A program made the position numbers and the translations under genes. A stretch of DNA of 64,000 nt, from assembly GCF_000143415.4 (NCBI RefSeq), contig NW_003314294.1, forward strand, positions 1,767,015 through 1,831,014. The letters run 5' to 3'. Source of the DNA: Selaginella moellendorffii (lineage: Eukaryota; Plantae; Lycopodiophyta). Below, piece after piece: positions 54,065 through 64,000 of this stretch. Under the pieces are notes generated by a model, which worked only from the letters and a program-made list of their open reading frames with translations, did not search any database and was not told the DNA's origin. Numbering within the stretch: position 1 is the stretch's first letter; every line of letters begins with the position of its first letter.

Positions 54065-55359
54065 CATGTGGCAAATGCTGCGTGAAGAAAGATGCCCTTT
54101 CTGGGCAAATGCTGTAAGAGGCAGATGCCGAGCAGATGTATCTCAGGCTAGCGAAGGGGACGAACGAAAGCTAGCTATAAACATGACGGGATGCAAATAG
54201 ATTACTAGGCTGGTCCTGCGAAAATCAAAAACCATAATTGAAAATATTGAAAATGCAAAAAGAAAGGTTTATAATATTTTTGAATTTTAAGCAACCAAAG
54301 GAATGTAAGTAGGGCATGTGTTTGTAAGTTTAAAAATGCCTCAACCACTTAAATTCCCAAGTAAATAAAGCTGTTTCTATTTTTGGTACAGGTAAACTTT
54401 ATAGCGTGTGGGCTCATGCAATTTTGAACCCAAAAATGCACCAAAAAATGCTCGACTAGCATTATTCTTTGAATGGCATGTGGCCTTATATTGCCATAAA
54501 TGGACGTACACACACAGCATAATTATTCCTTTACATGGCGAATAATCTTGGCGCGGATCGCTGACATGGCATGGCAAAGTTCGAATCACTGACATGGCAC
54601 AGCTGGATCGAGGCAAGGACATGATGTGACAAAGTTCAACCTCCGACAGCAAAGTCTAGAAGCTACTCAGTTTGAAATTTGTCAGAGGAATCATAAGATC
54701 TGGTTTGTCAGAGGATTTGATGTGACGTTCAAGCGTGTGTTATTTTTGAATTCTCGAACTCATTCCTAGGTCTATCATTTTTGTGCGCCGTGTTCTTGGT
54801 TCCGCTGAGCGCAGTGAGCGCTGCTTGTGTAAGCGGTGTTGTGGGCTGTGGTTTATGCGTCTACGAGCGGTTGCGGCATTGCGAGCGCCATTGCGAGCGG
54901 CAGTTTATGCGAGTGGCAGTTTGTGCGAGCGGCGCTACGAGCAGTTGCGGTGTTGCGAGCGGCGCTACGAGTAGTTGCGGTGTTGCGAGCGGCACTGTCT
55001 TTGGTGTGGCTACCGCTTCCTCTTGATATTCGGCACTTGTGCTTCCTGGTATGTTCACCATGGAATGGCTTAGGACCACATTTAGAAATGGCATGAGGCC
55101 ACATGCCATCTTGGGCCCTTGCAATTTCATGGCTAGCGTATTGTCATGTATGTTTTTACTTGCCTGCAGCTGTGTGTATATCAAGATGGCATGAGGCCTC
55201 ATGCCAATTTTGTGAATGCAAAATTTCACGTGGGTGTCAATAGCATGTTTGAATAATGGCATGTGGCCTCATGCTATTGAGGTTGTTTGGTATGTTATGA
55301 TTTAGGCCATTCTTCAATCATTTTTTGTATGGTCTTAACTTCTTTTCTGCACTTTCAGA

Positions 55360-58300
55360 ATGGCCTTCAGGGTTGGGGAAAAGGTTTACATTTTGAATGG
55401 TGGGAAGAGAGTTGCAAAAGGGACCCTTGTGTCTATGGATCGGAACTTTGTTATACACTGTCAAAGGCTTAGGGAAGGCAATGCTGCTGTATCAGTAGAG
55501 ACTGTCTTCGATGGGAATGTGGTCGCTATTGAACGAGGAGAGATGGTCGTCGGGGTAAATGTTGTTGTTGCCTTGAAAAATCTTCAGAAGAAAGCAGATG
55601 TTGGGGACAGCGCAAGTGCGACGCATGTTCCCTCCGTGGATCTTAAGAACCGTGCTACATGGATTCAGGCGAAGGTGTTTCTAAACAACCCCGAGGGGGA
55701 GGTGGTAGCTGAGGGCTTAGCCACAGTTGTCGATCCAAGAGATGCGGTTGCTAATCAAGAATTGGGCTGGGATGATATTGGAGTTGGGATTTTAGAGGTT
55801 GTTGACACAGAAGAAAACAGTCTGACTATTGGAAGCATTGTGCGGTGGAAATTGAGGCACTTAGTGTTTGAGAATGTGAAGGATTCACAATCAAACACCA
55901 CTACAACTGATGACAGAACATCTCTTCATGGGAAAAGAAAGTACACCTTCCTAAAGCGCAGCCAAAGGGATCTGAGCAACGAACCGAAAAGGCAGAAAAT
56001 GGCGATGGAGGTTCAAATGGTCTCGACAGTTGCTTGTTGCAAGAGGAGGTGCTGTCAACATGCTGATTGGGATGCTATTGAAGAGGAGAGAGCAAGATAC
56101 AAGACATTGTCCTGGAAGGCAGCTCGCAATTTTGTGTATGAGGCATTACGGTCATCTGTTGATGCTTCAGAATATCAGGTGGGGGGCATGGTCTTCCAGA
56201 GGGGTTTGGTCTGCATGAAGGCATGAAGAATCATTTATGGAGTCCCTCGAAGCACATTCTACAGAATCAAAACTGAGTTCGAGGAACAAAGGGTTCAACA
56301 GGCAGTCTATGGGAACGACGGTACGCACAAAACTAGGGGTCATGTTGTATATGGAGAGGCAATCTTCAAGAGGTTTGTCGAGACATGTAGCGAGCAGCAA
56401 CCACATAAAACCCGCCTCTTGGAAGATGGAACACGAGACACCCAACGAGTTCTCCCTTCCATGTATACCAAGGGGGCCATATTGGAAGATGTGAATCGGG
56501 AACTCCAGAGTAATGGCTACAGGAAGCTGAGCCAATCTAGATTTAGTAGATTGTGGAGCAACAGGTTCAGGGATGTGAGTATAGGAAAGTACTCCAGCTT
56601 TTCAAAGTGTGACGAGTGCACTGCTATCAAAATGGCTTTATCGAAGAATTCTTGCAGCGCTCAAGAGCGAGAGACGTTGGTTAGAAGGCGGCTCGACCAC
56701 AACATCGAGCAGAGAAGCTGCAGGACTGCATATTATCATAACAGGATTCTCTCCATGGAGAGACCTGACTCTTACCTCTGCATCATCCACGACAAAATGG
56801 ACCAGAAAAAGACGTGCTTACCTCGACTCAATCCTGCCCCCAAGGCAATCTCTTCATCCATGCAGCTGCCTGTGTCTCTGTTTGGCATAATCGCTCATGG
56901 GCATGGTGCCCAGAACTATGGGAACTTCTTTGTACCTCTATGGGGTGGCGGGGGTGCAAACATGATGATTGTGTCCTTAGCAAAACACTTAAGGTCTCTG
57001 CAAAGTGCGCAGACTGAGCTGAACGGCCAACCCTTGCATAAGGCCCTTGTCGATCGAACCCCATACAGGGTTCAGCTGGAGGAGGAGCAAAGGCTTGCAG
57101 TATCGCGTGGGGCCCCATGCCATCCCAGTGAATATGTTGGCCGTCAGATTGTAGGGTTATCACGTGAGGCCTCATGCCATTCCGACGAGGCTGGTCGCCC
57201 GGTGAATGCATAGCCTCATCCAAACGAAGCAGAATCTCAAGGAAGTTCTTGCGGCCGATGTGGTCTTCCACCCCATCTTCTGCTCCAAATAGACAATGCT
57301 GGCAGTGAGAACAAAAACATGTACATCTTCGCGTACTTGGCGATGCTTGTTGCCAAAGGCATATTTGAAACGGTTACACTTGGCTTTCTCATGGTTGGGC
57401 ACACTCATGAAGACATCGATGCCATGTTCAGTCACCTGGTAGAGTCCCTCCGGCGATCCAATGTCCTCATCCTCCCACAACTCTACGATGAATTCCAAAA
57501 TTGCATCAAAGGCATTGTTGAAGCTGCACTTGTGACAGAGGTTCCAGACTTTAAGGGGTTTGTAAGAGGCTACATCAGGGACGGATCCGAAACACTGATT
57601 GGCCACTCCAAGCCTCTTCAGTTTCATTTCAGCATGCGTGACGGTGCTCCAGTGATGAGGTACAAGATGAGAGAATGGGACACAGTGTGGCTGCCAGTGG
57701 ACGGCATTGAACTCTTCAAGAGAGATCCCATAACTGGGGAACCTATGATTCCTCAGGGTTCCCCACGGCCGATGCACCCGGATGGACTTAAAGACCAGGA
57801 AAGTATAGTGGCCGGGATTAGACAGCATATTGCCTTCTGGAAGAGGGGGTTGGTGTTTGGTGGAGAATCCTATTTTCAGAGGTGCAAGCCTTTGCTCGAA
57901 TACTGGGAGAAGATTATATCTGCTATCCAAAATGGGCCGGTTGTATATGAAGAATTGGAAGAGTCCTTTTGGCCAGAACCCAGAGCACCAGATAGTAGCG
58001 GAACAATGTCCTCTGGAAATGCAGTGACAGATAACGATGTTGAGGATCACTATTGTGGGCCGAGGAACAAGAAGCCGGATTCAGCATTCAATCCAGTACA
58101 GGTCTGCAAAGGAATGGTCGTGCTTGTCAGACCCAGTAATAAAAAACAAATGATATGGGTGGGGCGCTGCATCACTGATGCAGAGGAGGACGCGGAAACT
58201 AACTCCTTCAATGTAACTGTGGAGTGGTTCAAGCCAAGTTCCGGATATACGAAGGATTGCCTAGAAAAGAGATGGGTGCTGAATCCAAGGGATCCCAGCA

Positions 58301-58501
58301 TGAGCATATCGGTGGATAATGTTGTGCATGGTTGGATGCGGAAGCAGAGTGCCACCATCACCTTGCCAGACCATGCAAGAGATGCAGCAAGAGCATTCAT
58401 AACTCGGGTTCAAGGTGAGATTCATTAATATTCCTTTACAAAGTTTCTAATGTATTTTATTTCAAGGTGAACAATCCGAATCTGAATCAGAGGAGGCTTG
58501 A
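55360..58501 (+). pseudogene. Sola-like DDD transposase (~1,030 codons) with two N-terminal Tnp1/En-Spm-like repeats; copy 3, two in-frame stops
   Basis: ORFs starting 55360, 56419 and 57319 share one frame; TGA 56224 and TAG 57211 are TGG and CAG in other copies. ATG follows a CTTTCAG acceptor; terminal intron 58415-58466. Confidence 0.82.
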
Positions 58502-60119
58502 TATAGTGTGTGAGGTAAAACAAAGATGATGTGACATATGCATTTACCAATCACACGTGCATAAATCTAATAATATGGCGTGTGGCCCATATTAATGGCA
58601 CATAAACTCATATTGTGGGCTTACGTGCTTTATGTACCATCATTCCCTTGCAGCGTGTGTGTTGGTTTCCTTTTATAACACAACGAACTCCATATTTTAG
58701 GGTGAAGAGCGTTCTCATGGCAAGCACAAAATCTGTAAGTGAGGCAGAAAAGGAGACGGAGAAGGAGATAGGTGAAGATGTAGAATATATAAGTCTTCCA
58801 AACTCCCCGTACTATACTCCAGGTGATCATTTTTCTGAACAAACGGCAACATTAACAACTATCGAGAACGCCCCAGTAACGTCAGAGACAACAATCCAAA
58901 GCAAAACAACTGACCCGGAGAAGGATGATAGTACCGCTGAGAGTACCAAAAAGGAGGTGTCCACTAGCGCTTAGGCTTATAATGGCGTGTGCCCTCATGC
59001 CATTTACTTGATCACCAAATACCTTTTTCCCTTTGCACTAGTATATCTTAATACCGGTCTGAGAAATAGAATGGCATGTGCCCTTAGGCCTTTTACTAAA
59101 TCACCTTTGAAAGAAATGCAAGCCTCTATGTCGTAAAAAAAAGGTACTAGAGAAATTCCTTAATAATGTGAATGTTATTTAGTTTCATGAAAATACACTA
59201 AGGGTCAAATGAGTTAAATGACTTCTCCAGACTAGCAATGCCTCTTGCTACACCTTCACAATTAGATTCGTTAGAAAAAGATAACATTGAATAATATCTA
59301 AATGTTCTCACCATTAAGTTATATGTCTGGCTAATAGGAATGATGTTCATCTTGGAAAGCTCACCACACGCTCAATGAACAAACAAATAGTGTGTGCGCG
59401 CATGCCATCGCTCTTCTTTAGCTTCAGATTCGGCTTGTTCACCTTGACAATGAGATTTATTATACAACTAGATGGACTCAGTCTGGACATAAGGTCACCG
59501 CGCTAGTCACCATGCCCCAGATATGTCTAGCCCCGGGACAAAAAACATATAATTTCACGTCATTTTCAAATACTTGAAAATTTGTACCTAGTCCCATTTT
59601 ACTGAATAAATCCCACTTTAACGAAATAGAGCTTGGATGGCAACAGTGTCAAGTTCTGGGATGCCAATCAGTAAGCTAGTCTATCCTTTGCATTTCATTC
59701 ATTCATTCATTCTTTCCTTCTTTTGTTGTGTGTCAAAAGCTTTGGCATGGTAAAATTGTTTACCATGGCTCAGCCAATGGAGTCGGCATCACTATACCCG
59801 GCCCTAGGGAAGTTCGTGGCTAGAGGGGATGATATGTGGGTGCAAGTGTTTGATTTCTACACCAGGGAAGAGATCAGTAAGCAAAGTGATCCTTTATTGC
59901 TCTCTCAGTCTGGAACTCTGGATTGTTTGCTCTCTCTTCAGAATGCTGCAATGGTCACCACAAGCTGGTCTATTGCACGTGATTCTCACTGGGCAGTTGG
60001 GCTTGACAAGAGTTGGTTACTTAGGAATGAGCTAGTAAAGCTGACCACTAGATATGTTAAAGACAATCTCTAAGATGAGAAATAAGAGCTATTAGAGGTT
60101 GTTTGTGTTAGGGTGTGGC

Positions 60120-60123
<4 letters not shown>

Positions 60124-60150
<27 letters not shown>
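60124..60150. repeat. (GA)n microsatellite
   Basis: Directly visible. Confidence 0.9.
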
Positions 60151-61637
60151 GGAATATTCTAGTCCTCAAAATATTCCCCATCTTCCACGGGCATTTTGTG
60201 GAGAGCATTGAAGCATTTCTTGTGTTTGAACGAGTGCTGGGGGAAGTGCCCCTCCTTCCCCCAATAAATGGTGAACTCGGTGTGACGCTCAACACTTTCT
60301 GAGGCGTCATTTCTCTCTTTTTCTTTTGGCCGTAGACTTTGGGAACAAATTTCTCGTTTGTCTTGCGGTGGTTTTTTTGGATTTTAGGCTTGTTGAATAG
60401 GTCTGGAGCTTCTTTTTCCAGCAAGGTATGGCGCTCATCAAGCTGTGCAATATTTGAAGAGATACAATGTTTTTTGACTCGGTCAGATGAACATTTTGGG
60501 GTTTTCATTCTCTCACCTGGATCCTCGGCCTAATTTCTCAAAGTAGTGCATTTGGGCTTGTAGATCTGGCCTAGATTTACGAGTAGTGGTGATTCTTGGT
60601 GCTAGATTTGGCCAAATTGGCAGCATACAAAAGGATTTTCTTCTCCAGCTAAATTGGGTCATCTTTGTAGCAGGAATTCGTGCTCCTCCGGGTTTTTTTT
60701 GGATGCTATTTGTTTCCAAAGGTGCTCTTGGTCCTAGGCTTTCCGAAAACACCAATGGCGCCTTAATATCAATTTACATTAGTGACAAGCACATGTTTTT
60801 CCACAATATTAGCATTCTAGGCTACCTCTTCTTTGATTTTGGGGAATATTGAGGCAGCTTCTTCCCAAATTCTTGTGATAGAGGGTAGACAGGGCTAAGC
60901 CCTTTCCAATGAGCCCACCAACAGTCAAAATGGGGAAGGATCAAGACTAGAGGACTCATTTTTCTCTTTTGGGCTAAATTTGATTAGGGGTTCCTTGGGA
61001 ACAAAGCAATCTTCAAGGAACATGTACGGATAGGAGTTGGTGTTGGAGTAGGTGCAGGAGTAGGAGCGAGAGCAAGGGGTTACTGGTTACAGGTTACAGG
61101 TCCCCAGTTATTGGTTACTGGTTACCGGTTACCAGCTACTCCAATGGCTACCCTAGCGGCTACTTCAGCACTTACTCTATGGGCCAATAGTTCTGTGCGC
61201 TTGAGGCTTACATCTCCTTCCATTTTCACCCTTACTTCTCTTCGTCACAGGCATTTTGGGCAACTTTGAGCAACTTGAGCACTAGCCTATAGTCTTCTTG
61301 CTCCTGTCAACCCAGTTACCTTGACTGGGCATTTGTAGTGTTCAGGATATTTTATACCAGTACAAACTAGACATGCAACAAATTGGCACCCTTTTACCAT
61401 ACCTCAAGGCCCTAAGGTACGGAGTAAACTTTCTAACATCCAAAGGCAGCTTAGGTACGACACAACACCTTCTTGGGCCAAGTCCTCTTCATCCTTGGCA
61501 CTTGAGAAAATACTATAAATTTCTTTGGGAATATTTAATGCAAAATGAATGGAGGAGTCTACAAGCCAAAAGGCTTTAATTCGGATTTGTAAAAATATTT
61601 CTATATATGCTTCGATATCGAAACAAATCTCCTTGAT

Positions 61638-62473
61638 TTATTCCATGATCAACCTCAAGGCTTCAGTAAGGAAAAGTGCAATGTTCTCATACAAGCTGCC
61701 TGCAGCGTTTGTTATCCACCAGAAACTTCCTTTATGTGCCTTATAGATTGCCATTATGTATGGAAGCTCGTTTGTATTATTTCCGAACTCATGACTATAG
61801 TTTTTTAATTTCCCTTGGACACTTTCCAAGAACGTTTTGATATCCGGATATATCTCTATTATTTCCTGAAAGTCTTCCGATTCTCTTGCAAGATCTCTCA
61901 CTAGCCATTTACAGATGAAAGCTGGATTCTGAGTTGCTTTATCCAGTCCAGAGATGAAGAGTTCCTTTGTCATCGCCTTTGAACTCTTGTATTTTCCCAC
62001 ACGTTGATCGGATTAAATTGACTCTGTTTTCGTCCAATGATATCCATTACTGCTTTTTGTATTAGTCCATGTGCATCCCTTTCTGATACCCTTGGTTGTA
62101 GTTGAAACTGTACTTTTAGAATTTCCGTAATATGTAACCAGGCGTCCCAAAGTTGTTTGACAACCTTATTTTTCTCTATTGGTCTCAAGCTGATATGGTT
62201 TAATCCTTTCCTCATTTCCTGTTTTGTAGCTTGGGATTGTATAATATTTATGTCTGTAGAGACGACATTTCCATATTTCAAGTGTAGGAATTGTTTCATT
62301 CTTGTCGAAGTTTGGCAACTGCACTTTGTAATTCTGTGCTCTTCGTGTTTGAAGTCTGCAAATACTTCAAATGGCTTGTACCATATTGCCTTGATCTTTT
62401 TCGTATACCACCAAGAGAATGAAAACCTTTCCATCAATTGGCTCCCTTCGTTGCCATGTGTTTTTGCAAACAT
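61638..62473 (-). other. Two overlapping ORFs (167 + 120 aa), probably one frameshifted degenerate mobile-element gene
   Basis: ORFs overlap at 61970-62000; ELFISGL is weakly gag-like; no firm family recognised. Confidence 0.25.
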
Positions 62474-62735
62474 ATCTCGAAAAAACTCCCCACTTGGATA
62501 TGTTCAAAAGCTCTATTTTCACAAGTGAGATGAACATAAATTTTCACTTCTTTCGTTTTTGGCATCAGCCTCCATCGGTTATGTTCCTGTAGTAACACTA
62601 CCGCATCTGAATCATACTCTTGAGGATTTTCTAGTTCATCACCTTCCTCGTAGGGTGAGTTCCTCTTCTGATTGATCGTTGCTCAACATCGTAGCCTTTC
62701 GTTAGGTATATCTGTATACACATTGTGCTACCATG

Positions 62736-64000
62736 TGTAAGCCACAAATTTTTCCTTTCCAATTTGCCAGTTTACCTTGTCTATCCGTCCAACACCGCCT
62801 TGGCTTTTGCTAAGTTCCCTTGCCAAAGTTCTCGCCTATGGTACCAGCTCCTACTTGGTCTCAGCTACTCACTGCACGAGCAACGGAGTGTTAGCCATCC
62901 GTCCACGGATTCCCAAATCACTCCCAATCCCCCTCCCCGGGTTAGACTGGACTTAAGGTTCGGCTACACTCCCCGCAAGCACAAGCAGCCAAGCACACCA
63001 AGCTTCCAGGTTCCTAACATCCTTTGGTACCACAAGACTTGATCATGGGACCCTCTAAATCCCAAGTCTTGAGTGCAACACTTGCTTCGGGACGCCGGGG
63101 CGAAACACTGTGGCCTAGCGGCCCGGTATGGGTACCTCTCGCCCCCCACTTCCATCCCGAAGGAAGGCCCAAGCCCCTAGGAAGGGCGAGGACCAATGAG
63201 CCGCATGGTACTCAAGTGGGGCACCACTCCACATGAGCCGGGAGCACCGCAATCGGTTTCCCTTTCGGGAGTGGGAGCTGCTCTTGAGCACTTCCTTGGA
63301 TGGCCCCTCCGGCACCAACCAAGTCCATGCTCACTCCCACCCAAGGCCCCTCGGTCCCAGTCCCAACCTCAAGTCAGTTTGGGAGCCCCACTGGAGAGTC
63401 CCTTCTAAACTGGTTCCTGGACCTCACTATCCCTACTATACTTTTGGAACCCCCTGCAGCCCCCCCCCCCTGGGGGACGCACGCTTTGGGCTTTCACCCC
63501 TTGACCCGTATTAGTATTTGGACTTAGTCTCTGGCTCGATCTCGGATCCGATTTCGGATCCGACTTCGGATTCGGTCTCGGACTCGATCGCGGACTCGAT
63601 CTCGGACCCGATCTCGGGCCCGACCTCGGACTCGACTTCGGACTCGGTCTCGGACCCGATTTCGGATCTCGGACTCCGTCTCGAACTCGGTCTCGAACTC
63701 GGACTCGAACTCGGTCCCCGAGTCGGTCTTGGACTCGATTCCGGACTCTATCTCGAACTCGGTCCTAGAGTCGGTCTTGGACTCAATCTTCGACTTGGTC
63801 CCATCCGATAAACTCTTTGTCATTTTGGTCATGCTTTTGGGGTTCCTTTAGCCTACGACACCTCGGTGAGTTAGTTCCTTACAACTCCACCACCCATAGA
63901 AGAAGTTCGATGCCCACATCGAACGTCTCGTTTTATCCTACGACTTGTTGACCATGTCTCCGGGGGCATCCCCCCACTTAGCGGTGTGCCTAAGTTAGCC
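62736..64000 (-). mobile_element. Chromovirus copy C: 3' LTR (62736-63883), PPT and 3' internal sequence; continues beyond the window
   Basis: Matches the LTR of copies A and B; followed by ACTCCACCACCC as at 16946; flank CCATG is the predicted TSD. Confidence 0.92.

Larger units (their letters stand above)
46788..59408. repeat. Dispersed 22-bp palindrome family ATGGCRTG-N6-CAYGCCAT (~25 full or degenerate copies per element)
   Basis: Starts at 46788, 47865, 47940, 49167, 49358, 49499, 50971, 52248, 52308, 52385, 53164, 53299, 53458, 53537, 54401, 54473, 55088, 55186, 55256, 57102, 57159, 58575, 58982, 59071, 59387. Confidence 0.9.
46413..59634 (+). mobile_element. Sola-like giant DNA transposon, copy 3, full length (13,222 bp)
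   Basis: 24-bp perfect TIRs at 46413-46436 and 59611-59634; TSD GGAT at 46409-46412 and 59635-59638; removing the element restores a WD40 exon. Confidence 0.95.
46344..60040 (+). pseudogene. STRAP/UNRIP-like WD40 gene fragment interrupted by transposon copy 3
   Basis: LETKLPCMSVEVSHDSQYITTAD (46344-46412) continues as GNSVKFWDAN (59639-59670). Intron 59671-59739, then FGMVK..ESASL..KFVARGDDMWVQVFDF, intron 59877-59941, then a degenerate GHH exon with a stop. Confidence 0.75.

Noticed and set aside
46788-59408. Palindrome repeats as a CRISPR array
   Set aside because: Irregular spacing of tens to thousands of bp, degenerate units, eukaryotic context and no cas genes.

Overview
Eukaryotic, repeat-dense genomic DNA from a land plant. 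Very short 47-57 nt GT-AG introns, a PLS-type PPR remnant, CCCTAAA repeats and a GNA-type lectin suggest a compact-genome lineage such as the lycophyte Selaginella (inference). Two young mobile families dominate. (1) A ~13.2-kb DNA transposon is present in three copies (1-3969 partial, 8444-26851, 46413-59634) with 24-bp TIRs (AAGCTCTATTTCGTTAAAGTGGGA) and 4-bp TSDs (TGTG, GGAT). It carries a Sola-like DDD transposase with two N-terminal Tnp1-like repeats and, divergently, an 11-exon gene that I could splice by hand into one ~1,630-aa ORF (ParB/Srx-like region, possible degenerate amino-methyltransferase fold, acidic linker, FCP1-like HAD domain). About 25 copies of a 22-bp palindrome ATGGCRTG-N6-CAYGCCAT are scattered through the element, mostly in introns and non-coding DNA. 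(2) A Ty3/gypsy chromovirus is present as two near-complete copies plus the 3' end of a third. Its integrase is split by two short spliceosomal-type introns, and a third candidate intron would excise the primer-binding site. The rest is older LTR debris, a solo LTR, a STRAP-like WD40 pseudogene, a PPR remnant and an intact-looking B-type lectin gene with local direct and inverted duplications. A 100-N gap lies at 16533-16632.
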